Source: Anaeramoeba ignava BMAN
Taxonomy: Eukaryota > Protista > Anaeramoebae
Reading direction: 5' to 3'
Assembly (NCBI GenBank): GCA_028826165.1
Contig: JAPDFW010000091.1
Coordinates: 124,001 to 188,000, forward strand
DNA: 64,000 nucleotides
The notes below the pieces were generated by a model that saw only the letters and a program-made list of their open reading frames with translations, was not told the DNA's origin and searched no databases. Positions within the stretch are counted from its first letter, which is position 1; every line of letters begins with the position of its first letter. Positions 11,163-22,599 of this stretch are shown piece by piece. The position numbers and the translations under genes were made by a program.

Positions 11163-13973
11163 ATGAATAATAACAGAAAACATTTAAAAGATAATCAACA
11201 AATAAATTCTGAATCTCAATCCAATTTAAATAATCAAATAATAACAAATTCTCCTCCAGAAAAGGATCAAGAATTTGAATCCAAACGAAAAAATGTTTCA
11301 AATAAATCTCAACAAAAAGAAAAAAAGCAAAAAAAAGAAAGGAAATTTGATTTTGGAAAATTTCATAAAAGGCATATTGCTTTTAAATTAGCTTATTTGG
11401 GTTGGAAATATCAAGGATTTGCTTTGAATGGTCCTGAAGATGAAACAACTGTTGAAGCTCATTTATTTAAAGCTTTGAAAAAAACTTGTTTAGTTGATGA
11501 TATTAAAAATGCAAATTATACTCGATGTTTGTTTTATTTCCCAAATCAAATTAAATTCAATTAAAAAATGAAAATGAAAATGAAAATGAAAATGAAAATG
11601 AAAATGAAAATGAAAATGAAAATGAAAATGAAAATGAAAATGAAAATGAAAATGAAAATGAAAATGAAAATTAAAATTCAAATCAAAATTCAAATTCAAA
11701 TTCAAATTTAAATTAAATTCAAAATTAAATTCAAAATCAAATTCAAAATTAAATTCAAATTTAAATTCAAATTCAAATCAAAATTAAATTCAAAATCAAA
11801 TTCAAAATCAAATTTCAAAATGAAAATTAAATTAAATTCAATTAAAAAATGAAAATGAAAATGAAAATGAAAATGAAAATGAAAATGAAAATGAAAATGA
11901 AAATGAAAATGAAAATTAAAATTCAAATCAAAATTCAAATCCAAAATCAAATTTAAATTAAATTCAAAATTAAATTCAAATTCAAATTTCAAAATCAAAA
12001 TTAAATTCAAATTCAAATTTAAATTCAAATTTAAATCAAAATTAAAATTCAAAATCAAATTTAAATTAAATTCAAATTCAAATCCAAAATTCAAATCAAA
12101 ATTTAAATTCAAAATTCAAAATTCAAATTGAAAACCAAAATCAAAATCAAAATCAAAATCAAAATCAAAATCAAATTCAAATTCAAATTCAAAATTCAAA
12201 ATTAAATTAAAAATCAAAATCAAATTCAAATTAAAAATCAAAATTCAAAATCAAAATTAAATTCAAAATCAAAATTAAAAATCAAATTCAAATTCAAATT
12301 CAAATTCAAATTCAAATTCAAATTCAAATTCAAATTCAAATTCAAATTCAAATTCAAAATGAAATTCAAATTCAAATTCAAATTCAAATTCAAATTCAAA
12401 TTCAAATTCAAATCCAAATTCAAAATCAAATTTCAAAATGAAAATTAAAATGAAAATTCAAATTCAAATTTAAATTCAAAATTAAATTCAAATTCAAATT
12501 TAAATTCAAAATTAAAATTCAAATTCAAATTCAAAATTAAATTCAAATTCAAATTCAAATTCAAAATTAAAATCCAAATCCAAATTCAAAATCAAATTTC
12601 AAAATGAAAATGAAATTAAAATTCAAATTCAAATTAAAATTAAATTGAAAATGAAATTCAAATTCAAATTAAAATTCAAAATCAAATTAAATTCAAAATC
12701 AAAATCAAAATTCAAATTCAAATTCAAAATTAAATTAAAATTCAAAATCAAAATTCAAAATTAAATTCAAAATCAAATTAAAATTTAAATTAAAAATTTA
12801 ATATATATAAGCTGGAAGAACAGATAAAGGTGTAAGTGCATTTGGACAAGTAATTTGTTTAGATGTTAGATCTAATTTATCTGATGGTATTGGTATTCTT
12901 CCAGTTGAAGAAAATACTACAAAAATTGTTAGACCAAAAGAACTTGAATATATAAAAATGCTTAATTCAGTTCTTCCAAAAGATATAAAAATACTTTCTT
13001 GGTCTCCTGTTAATATTGGATATAATGCTCGTTTTAATTGCAAATCAAGAACTTATAAATATTTCTTTTTAAAAAAAAATTTAGATATTGAAGTATTTTT
13101 AAAATATTTAGATTATTATTTGAATTATTTAAAATATTTGGATTATTTTAAATATTTTGATTTATTTTAAATATTTAAATTATTTTAAATATTTGGATTA
13201 TTTGAAATTTTTGAATTATTATTTTAAATAATTGAATTATTTGTAAATTTTCTTTCAAAAAAAAAAATCAAGTTAATGAATCAATCAGCTCAAAAATTTA
13301 TAGGCGAACATGATTTTAGAAACTTTTGTAAAATTGATCCAGAAAAAAAACATTTCAATCGAAGAATTTTAGAATGCTCAATTGAAAAAGTATTTTCACA
13401 AGAAACAAATGGGATCAATTCATCTTCATTTGAAATGTATGTATTTAATATTAAAGGATGGGCATTTTTATGGCATCAAATTAGAATGATGGTAGCAATT
13501 TTATTTATGATTGGAAATCATCAAGAAAAACCAGAAATCATTGATTATTTATTTGATGTTGAAAATGTTCCTTTAAGACCTCAATATGATATGGCTCCAG
13601 ATAATCCTTTAGTTCTTTATGATTGTGAATACGATGATCTTGATTTCAAATCAAATACTCAAGAAACTTATAGAGTTTTTTCATCTTTTAATTCCATTTT
13701 TGAAAAATTAATTTTTCAATCTTCAATGGCAAATTCTTTTAGCGTTTTTTTAAATATATCAGAAGAAGAAAAAGCTTTATATTCTAAAGAAAGAGTGCAT
13801 GTTCCACTTAAAGAAAGGAAAAAATGTGGTAAAAAAAATAATGAATAAAAATAAAATTTTTTTGTTCCACTTTTTTTAATTTATAATTTTATTTTTATTT
13901 TATTTTTTTAGATCCTCTTAAAAATAGTTCTTTTTCTTTAAAAACTAAATCAAATCAAAAAACAAATTTTTAA
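11163..13973 (+). CDS. PUS3: tRNA pseudouridine(38/39) synthase, TruA family (4 exons)
   Basis: Exons 11163-11526, 12812-13092, 13273-13828, 13912-13973. Motifs KRHIAFKLAYLGWKYQGFA, R-S|GRTDKGVSA (catalytic Asp), ARFNCKSRTYKYFF, GEHDFRNFCK, AFLWHQIR, PLVLYDC. Confidence 0.93.
11563..12795. repeat. Intronic compound microsatellite (AAAATG)n/(AAATTC)n/(AAAATC)n in PUS3 intron 1
   Basis: Directly visible; includes an internal duplicated block starting near 11549 and 11830. Confidence 0.95.
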
Positions 13974-13987
13974 TTTATTCATTTAAT

Positions 13988-14567
13988 TTAATTCATTAAG
14001 AAAATAATTAAAAAAAACATAATCACAAAAATAATCACAAAAATAAAAAAACGATTTGATAATTTGCAAAATTTTTCATGATAAATAAATTCTTGTTTTG
14101 ATTGAAAATAATCATAATCAACACCTAAAGTTTCAAATTCAAAAAACTTGAGAAAAGAATCATCGTTTTGTTTTTTTTTAAGGAAATGATTTTCTAATTG
14201 AGAAATTTGAATTTGTTTTGATTGTATTTGTTTTTGTTGATTTTTTTCTGTTTCTCTTAAAAAATCTAAAGTTGTAACAAATTTTTGATATTTTTCAACA
14301 ATTTCTTTTAAATCTTGAAGTAATTTCATAAATTCATTTATTTCTGGATTTTTATTTGTTATTAAATGAATATTTTTGGGATTTTTTTTATTAAAAGTAT
14401 CTGTAAAATTTTGTATTTTTATTAAAATTGAATTTCTAAAAATTAAATTATAAAAAATTAAATTATAAAATTTATTTTGAATTTTAATTTATTTTTTACA
14501 TTTCTGTTCTATATTCTTGAAATGAACTTGAAAAAGAAGAAAATTTTGAAAATAATTCAGTTGACAT
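13988..14567 (-). CDS. Small tail-anchored helical/coiled-coil protein (possibly a degenerate SNARE), 2 exons
   Basis: Exons 14567-14500 and 14435-13988 splice in frame (MSTELFSKFSSFSSSFQEYRTEI NSILIKIQ...MKLLQDLKE...), with a single C-terminal hydrophobic helix. Confidence 0.6.
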
Positions 14568-14702
14568 TTTTAAAGAAAAAAAAAGAGAAAAAAATGAAAA
14601 AATGAAAAAAGAAGAAAAAAAAAATTTTTAACGATTTAAAAAATAATTTTTTAATAATTTAATAATTTAATTTTTTTCTTTCTTCTTTTTTCTTTTATTT
14701 TA

Positions 14703-16178
14703 ATGATAAATCCAAGTAATTTTATTAATTTAGAAAATTTAGAAAACAAAGAAAATGAAAATCAATTAAGTTTAAATCAAAGATTCAAAAGAAGAAAAGA
14801 GAAAAAAGGAAAAAGGAAAGCTTTAAAGAATATTACAAGTTTAGTTGAGAATATTCAACCTCAAAATTTTGTTTCATTAAAAGAAAAAACTAAATCAAGT
14901 AAAAATTTAAATATGAATTTAAATATGAATATGAATATGAATATGAATATAGAAGAAAAAGAAAATCAATTTATTAAAATTTATCAAGATGAATCAAATT
15001 CAAAAAAAAGAAAATGGAAAAATTCTCAAATAAATGAAGAAGAAAGTAAATCAATTAAAGAAAGTAAATCAAATAACCAACAAATTAATCAAATTCAACA
15101 AATTCATCAAAATCATCAAATTAATCAAATTAATCAAATCCAACAAAATCAAGAAGAAATTAACCAAATTAATCAACAAAATCAAGAAGAAATTAACCAA
15201 ATTAATCAACAAAATCAAGAAGAAATTAACCAAATTCAACAAATTCAACAAATTCATCAAAATCATCAAATTAATCAAATTAATCAAATTAATCAAATTA
15301 ATCAAATTAATCAAATTAATCAAATTCAACAAATTAATCAAGTTAATCAAATTAATCAAAATCAAGAAGAAATTAATCAAATTAATCAAATTCAAGAAAA
15401 CCAAGAAAATATTTCCAAATTAATTTTCGAAAATTGGATATTAAGTGAAGAAAAATTCCGACCAAACCCAAACTATATGAAAGAAAAACAAAATAAAATC
15501 ACTAACAGAAAAAGAGAAATTCTAATTGATTGGCTAAACAGTGTTATAGACGAAACAGGACTAATGTCACAAACATTATATCTAACAGTAAACTACATTG
15601 ATAGATTCTTAAGCATTTATTCAGTCAAACAAGAACAATTCCAACTTTTGGGAATAACATGCATGATAATAGCAGCAAAATATGAAGAAGTTGAAACACC
15701 CAAAATTAACACTTTTGTAGATCTTTGTGATAATATTTATACAAAGGAACAATGCTTGATTACTGAAAGAAGAATTTGTAATACTCTTGAATTCCAATTT
15801 TGTATTCCAACTCCAAAGAATTTTCTTAGAATTTTTCTTAAAGATTCAAAATCATCAAAAATTGTTGTAATTCTCGCTAATTATCTTTGCCAATTACAAC
15901 TTCAACACTTTCATTTCCTTAAATATAAACCTTCTTTAATTAGTGCAGCCTGTGTTGCACTTGCTCGCTTTATGGTTAATGAATCGGTTATTTGGAATGC
16001 TGATTGGGGTGAATGTTCAAGGTATAAAATTGATGATTTAGAAGAATGTTTTAATGATTTAAAACAAATTTTCATTCTCGCTCCTTTTGATAATTGTAAC
16101 TCAGTTTATTCCAAATATTCTGATCCTTCATTTGGTTCTGTAAGCAAACTAAATTTGCCTACTAACGATTTTAAATGA
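14703..16178 (+). CDS. Mitotic cyclin, cyclin A-like (491 aa)
   Basis: Destruction box RKALKNITS; cyclin box REILIDWL..TLYLTVNYIDRFLS..QLLGITCMIIAAKYEE; C-terminal YKPSLISAAC..VYSKYS; Q/N-rich linker. Confidence 0.92.
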   Translation: MINPSNFINLENLENKENENQLSLNQRFKRRKEKKGKRKALKNITSLVENIQPQNFVSLKEKTKSSKNLNMNLNMNMNMNMNIEEKENQFIKIYQDESNSKKRKWKNSQINEEESKSIKESKSNNQQINQIQQIHQNHQINQINQIQQNQEEINQINQQNQEEINQINQQNQEEINQIQQIQQIHQNHQINQINQINQINQINQINQIQQINQVNQINQNQEEINQINQIQENQENISKLIFENWILSEEKFRPNPNYMKEKQNKITNRKREILIDWLNSVIDETGLMSQTLYLTVNYIDRFLSIYSVKQEQFQLLGITCMIIAAKYEEVETPKINTFVDLCDNIYTKEQCLITERRICNTLEFQFCIPTPKNFLRIFLKDSKSSKIVVILANYLCQLQLQHFHFLKYKPSLISAACVALARFMVNESVIWNADWGECSRYKIDDLEECFNDLKQIFILAPFDNCNSVYSKYSDPSFGSVSKLNLPTNDFK

Positions 16179-16250
16179 TTTTAAAAAGAAAAATTTGATT
16201 TGATTTGATTTGATTTGATTTTTATTTCTTTTTTTTTCTAATTCATTTTT

Positions 16251-18187
16251 TTAAATATTCATTTTTTTGGATGTTTTCTCTTTCATTTCTTCAATGAAAG
16301 TTTGAATATCTTTCAGTAAATTTGAATTCAAATAATTTAATGGAATTTCTTCCTTTATGAAAAATTAAAATTAAAATTAAAATTAAAATTAAAATTAAAA
16401 ATTATTAATAAAAAAAAAATACTTTCTAAATTTAAAAAAAATAGAATTAAAAAAAAAATAATAATGAAACTATTTTATATTTTTTACATTCTAAAATTTT
16501 TTCATTTTTAATTTTAATTCTTTTAATAAATTAAATTAAATCAACATTTTTATAATTAATATCAGCTCCATTTTTTATTAATAATTTAATAGAATCTGTA
16601 TTATTATCATTATAAAAACATGCAAAATGTAAAGGAGTCCAACCCTATAAATAAATAAATAAATTAATTAATAAATTAATAAATTAAAATCTAAGTTGAA
16701 ATTTTACATTCTAAATAATCATTTTTTTTAATTTTTTAATTTGAATTTTTGAAATTTGAATTAAATTACTTCCTAAATATAAATTAAAAAATTAAAAAGA
16801 AATTTTATTATTTTATATTTTTGAAAAAAATTTAGAACAAAAAAAAATATTTACATTTGGTTCATTAATTAATGAACCTTCATCAATTAATAATTGAATA
16901 AATTTTTTATCTCTATTATAACGACAACAAAAATGAAGAGCTGTCATTCCCTAAAAATATAATTAATAAATGAAAGAAATTTTTTGATTTTAAATTTTAA
17001 ATTTTAACTAACTTTTTTCTATATTAAAAAATTATTAAAATTAAAATAACATTTTAGTAAACTAATTTATTGAAAAATATTCAAACCTTTTTAACATGAA
17101 TATCTGCATTATAAGAAAATAATAATTTAAAAACATCTTCATTTGCTTTTTTTCTACAAGCATAATGAAGAGGAGTTTCATTCTAAATTTTTATCCGATT
17201 AAAAATATTAAAAATATTAAAAATATTAAAAGATATTAAAAATATTAAAAAATATTAAAAGATACTTTCTAAAAAGAAAGAAAAGAGAAAAGAAAAATAT
17301 TAAATGGAATGATTTGGCATTTTTTATTCAATAATTTATTACATTCTAAAATAATATTTAAAATAATATTTAAAATAAAAGAATTAAAACTAATATTATT
17401 TTTGTTTACTGTTTTGCAATTTACGTCTGCTCCAGAAGAAAGTAATAATGAAAGTATTTCAATATTATTAGTTTGATATTTTATTGCGATATGTAGAGGA
17501 GTTCTTTGCTATTTTTAGAATAAAAAATTTTAGTTTATTATTAAAACTAACAAATTAAAATAAAAAGTTAATTTTACTTTCTAAATATTAATTAAAGATT
17601 AAAACATTTTAAAGCATTTTAAAAATATTTAGAAAACTATTTTACTTTCTATTTTACTTTCTATTTTAATTTTAATTTTAATTTTAATTTTAATTTTAAT
17701 TTTAATTTTAATTTTAATTTTAATTTTAATTTTAATTTTAATTTTAATTTTAATTTTAATTTTAATTTTAATTTTATAAATGAATTTTAATTTTAATTTT
17801 ATATACATTGCTTTGGTTTATATTAATACCACAAGCAATTAAGAATTCAATAACATCAATTTTAATACCAACTAAACAAGCGCAATGAAGTAAATTATTT
17901 CCCTTTAACATAATAATTTCTTTATATAAATTTCTTTTGGAAAAACTTTTTTCAAAAGATTTTTACTTTCTAAATTAAATTATTTTTTTAAAATCATTTC
18001 AAAAAAAAATAATAATTATTAATTTACATCCTTAAAAAAAAATAATAAAATAAAATAAATTTTAAATTAAATAAAATAAATAAAAAGCAATAAAAACATC
18101 AATAACAGAAAAATCTATATTTGAATTTAAATTAGATTTAAAAATTGATAAAGGTTTTTTATCTTGAATAAATTGAAAAAAATTCAT
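16251..18187 (-). CDS. Ankyrin-repeat protein (~237 aa) encoded by 7 normal exons and 11 micro-exons
   Basis: Main exons 18187-18098, 17902-17807, 17508-17410, 17182-17087, 16950-16855, 16644-16546, 16352-16251. The five internal ones each encode one ankyrin repeat (GNNLLHCAC, QRTPLHIAI, NETPLHYAC, GMTALHFCC, GWTPLHFAC). AG|NNN|GT micro-exons lie between them. Confidence 0.9.
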
Positions 18188-18277
18188 TTAAAAAAAAAAA
18201 TGAAAAAAAAATTTTTTTTAAATTTTATTTTTTCATTTTTTTTCATTCTTTCTTTTTTTGATTTTATTAAATAAAAT

Positions 18278-20599
18278 ATGATTTCAAAATTCTTTTTAAA
18301 TTCTTTGATAATTTTATTATATCTTACTTTAGTTCAAGGATACATATTTGAATTAGAAAATAGTGGAAAAAAATGTTTTCTAGAAGACTTACCACCAAAT
18401 ACACTTGTTAAAGGATCATATCAAAATTATCAACCTTTTTTTGCAATTGAATTTGCTGTAAAACAATTTTTTTTTTCTTTTAATTTTTTAATTTTTTTTA
18501 TCAATTATTTTTCTTTTTTTTTTGTTTAGATTTTTGATCCAAAAAATCAACTTATGTATCAAAAAGGTTCAATTACTTCAGGAAAATTTTCTTTTTCTTC
18601 AGAAACTCCTGGACTTTATCGTTTTTGTTTTACTTCTCAAAATTATAAAAAAACTTTTGGATCTTGTATGTTATTTTGTTCATAATTTATCAACAATTTT
18701 ATCTATTATATTTATAATTAAATTTATAATTAAATTTATAATTAAATTTATAATTAAATTTATAATTAAATTTATAATAAAATTTATAATAAAATTTATA
18801 ATTAAATTTATAATTAAATTTATAATTAAATTTATAATTAAATTTATAATAAAATTTATAATAAAATTTATAATTAAATTTATAATTAAATTTATAATTA
18901 TATTTTTAATTAAATTTATAATTAAATTTATAATAAAAATTTATAATTAAATTTTTAATTAATTTTATCAATTAAATTTGTTTAAATTTTGATATAAAAA
19001 ATCAAAATTTATATCAAAAATTTATATCAAAATTTATAATAATTAAATTTATAATTAAATTTATAATTAAATTTATAATAATTAAATTTATAATTAAATT
19101 TATAATTAAATTTATAATTAAATTTATAATTAAATTTATAATTAAATTTATAATTAAATTTATAATTAAATTTATAATTAAATTTATAATTAAATTTATA
19201 ATTATATTTATATCAAAATTTATAATTAAATTTATAATTAAATTTATAATTAAATTTATAATTAATTTTATAATTAATTTTATAATTAAATTTATAATTA
19301 AATTTATAATTAAATTTATATCAAAATTTATAATTAAATTTATAATTAAATTTATATCAAAATTTATAATTAAATTTATAATTAAATTTATAATTAAATT
19401 TATAATTAAATTTATAATTAAATTTATATCAAAATTTATAATTAAATTTATAATAAAATTTATATCAAAATTTATAATTAAATTTATAATTAAATTTATA
19501 ATTATATTTATAATTAAATTTATAATTAAATTTATTTTTATAATTAAATTTTATATCAAAATTTATAATAAAATTTATAATTAAATTTATAATTAAATTT
19601 ATAATTAAATTTATAATTAAATTTATAATTAAATTTATAATTAAATTTATAATTAAATTTATAATTAAATTTATAATTAAATTTATAATTAAATTTATAA
19701 TTAAATTTATAATTAAATTTATAATTAAATTTATAATTAAATTTATAATTAAATTTATAATTAAATTTATATCAAAATTTATAATTAAATTTATAATTAA
19801 ATTTATAATTAAATTTATATCAAAATTTATAATTAAATTTATATCAAAATTTATATCAAAATTTATAATTAAATTTATAATTAAATTTATAATTAAATTT
19901 ATAATTAAATTTATAATTAAATTTATAATTAAATTTATAATTAAATTTATAATTAAATTTATATCAAAATTTATAATTAAATTTATAATTATATTTATAA
20001 TTATATTTATATCAAAATTTATAATTAAATTTATATCAAAATTTATAATTAAATTTATAATTAAATTTATAATTAAATTTATATCAAAATTTATAATTAA
20101 ATTTATAATTAAAATTTATAATTAAATTTATAATTAAATTTATAATTAAATTTATAATTAAATTTATAATTAAATTTATATCAAAATTTATATCAAAATT
20201 TATAATTAATTAGCAACTGCTCGTATAAATTTTATATATTCATATGGAAAATTCTCTGTTGATTATGATTATTTATCAAAAGAAGACAATTTTAATCCTA
20301 TTGAAGCAGAATTTAGAAGAATGTCAGATTTAATTAGTGATATTTCATCAACAATGTCATATATGAAAGAAAGAGAAGAAACAATGAGAGATACAAATGG
20401 TAAAAACAAAAAAAAAATTATTATAATTCTTAAAAATAAATTAATTTCGAAAATGAATTTTTCAATTTTTTATTTTTTAGAATCAACAAATTCAAGAGTT
20501 TTATGGTTTAGTTTATTATCAATTTTCATTTTAATTAGTGTTAGTCTTTGGCAAATAGTTTATTTAAATCAATATTTACGTAAAAAGAAGATCATTTAA
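18278..20599 (+). CDS. TMED10: p24/emp24 GOLD-domain cargo receptor, delta (TMED10/Erv25-like), 4 exons
   Basis: Exons 18278-18457, 18530-18665, 20214-20399, 20481-20599. Signal peptide, KKCFLEDL, G.Y.FCF, YMKEREETMRDTNESTNSRVLWFS, TM and C-terminal KKKII dilysine motif. Confidence 0.88.
18710..20210. repeat. 12-bp minisatellite (TTATAATTAAAT)n with TTATATCAAAAT variants filling p24 intron 2
   Basis: Directly visible; intron 18666-20213. Confidence 0.95.
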
Positions 20600-20815
20600 A
20601 AACAAAGATTAAAAAATTAAAATTAAAAAATTAAAACAAAAATCTTTTTCAATTCAAAAACAAAAACAAAAACAAAAACAAAAACAAAAACAATTTTTTT
20701 TTTTCAATTTTCAAAAATAAAAAGATAAAAAGATAAAAAGATAAATTTGTTTTTATTTAAAATCAAATCAAATCAAATTCAAATCAAATTCAAATTTAAA
20801 TTTTTAAATAAATTT

Positions 20816-22331
20816 TTAAATAATATTTCTGTTTCCTCGAATTAAGGAGAAACGTTTATTTTGAACAGATGGAAAACGTCGAGAATCATGTCTAATAATT
20901 TGAATAGGATAACCTGAATTATCACTTTCAATTTCACAATGATTCTCGTTTTCATTTACATTTTCATTTACATTTACATTTTCATTTACATTCTCATTAT
21001 AATTCTCATTTAGATCACCATTTACGATTGAATTTTCAATTTGGCTTTCAAAAAGAGAATTTTTATAATTTGGAGAATTTTTTGACATTTTTTTTGCATT
21101 TGAACTAACACTTTCAGGATTTACAATAAATGTATTGAAAGGTTGTTCGTTTTCATGAAGAACATGTTGAGGCATCTGTCCAATATCTCCTTGATTAGAA
21201 GCACTGTTATTTAAATAAATTTTTTATAAAAAAGAAAACAAAATTTTTAATAACAAATTTTTTTTTTAATATAAAATTAATTAGAATGAAAAAAAAATTG
21301 AAAATTTGAATTGAAAATTTGATTTGAATTGAATTGATTTGAATTGAATTGAATTAAATTAAATATTGAATTAAATATGATTTTAATTAATTTTTTTGCT
21401 CATCAAACATTTCATGTTAATAAATTTTTATATTAAGAAATTTTTCTTTGAAGAAAATGATTAATTACATGAAATTTGAAGTTGAAGAAAATTTGAGGAA
21501 AAATCCAAAACATAAAATAATAACAAATAATCCACCAGTTCTGAGAAAAGTTTTTTTGTGTCTTGCTTGAATAGAATCTTGCTTCAATTTTGGAAGAAAG
21601 GAAATTTGATTCAAAAGATCATTATTTGTATCTTGATAAAAACCAACTAAAAGATTTTCCTTTTGATTTTGATTTTCTTTTTGGATTTCTTGTTTTTGAT
21701 TTTGTTTTTGATTTTGTTTTTGATTTTGTTTTTGATTTGATAATTTCTCAACTAAATTCTCCAAATGAGTGCATTTTGAATTGACATTATCTAAGTTACT
21801 TTTTAATTCTTTGTTTTGAGTTCTTAATTTTTTCACTTCTTCTTCAAGATTTTGGAGATATTTCTTCTTTTTCTCTCTTGCTTTCTTTGCATTGAATCTA
21901 TTCAACTCTTTTTTTCTTTCTTGTTTTTCTTCTTCAGTTAATTTAGCATATTCTTTTTTGCTTTTACGTTTAGCTTTTCCAGTTTGAGTATCAATTTCAA
22001 CCATTTGTTTTCTTTTTTTCAAATTTTTTTCTTTTTTTAAATTTTCTTTTAAATTTTCTTCTTTTAAATTTTCTTCTTTTAAATTTTCTTCTTTTAAATT
22101 TTCTTCTTTTAAATTTTCTTTTTGGTTCTCAATATAAGTTAATGAATTAATTCCTTTTGTTTCTTGATTTTTTTGTTTCATTTCTTTTTCAAACTGTAAA
22201 TTTTCTTCTCTTGCTAAATTGAATTGTTCAGTTGTTAAATCTGCAAAGAAATCATCTGTAAATCTTGGTTCTGATTCAAAATCATATTCAAAATCAAAAG
22301 TTTCTGGAAATAAAAAAGGAAAAGAAGTCAT
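20816..22331 (-). CDS. Membrane-tethered bZIP transcription factor (ATF6/CREB3/bZIP28-like architecture), 2 exons
   Basis: Exons 22331-21469 and 21203-20816. Acidic N-terminus, basic region RKKELNRFNAKKAREKKKKY, leucine zipper, hydrophobic segment GGLFVIILCFGFFL, then a C-terminal (luminal) tail. Confidence 0.85.
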
Positions 22332-22599
22332 TTAAAAAAAAATTAATAAAAATAATAAAAATAATAATAATAATAATAATAAAATGTAAATAGAAAAATA
22401 AAAAAACAAAATTTTTTTTATATTTTTTTTTTTTTATTTTTTGATCAGAATGATGTATTTATTTAAAATTAAAATAAAAAATTTAAAAAATAAAAAATAA
22501 AAATTTTTTTGATTTTTAATAAGGTTTGCACATGTTTTTGTTATTAATTTTAATTTTTCTTTTGAATTAAATTTTAATTTTAATTTGATTTATATTTTA

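Noticed and set aside
16251-18187. U12-type (AT-AC or GTATCCT) introns, or zero-length recursive splice sites, as the explanation for the ankyrin gaps
   Set aside because: All boundaries are plain GT-AG without U12 consensus, and each internal AG and GT is separated by 3 or 6 nt that restore the ankyrin consensus spacing.
21540-21800. IRE1-type unconventional intron between bZIP and TM
   Set aside because: No paired CNG-CNG loop hairpins could be seen by eye; not supported.
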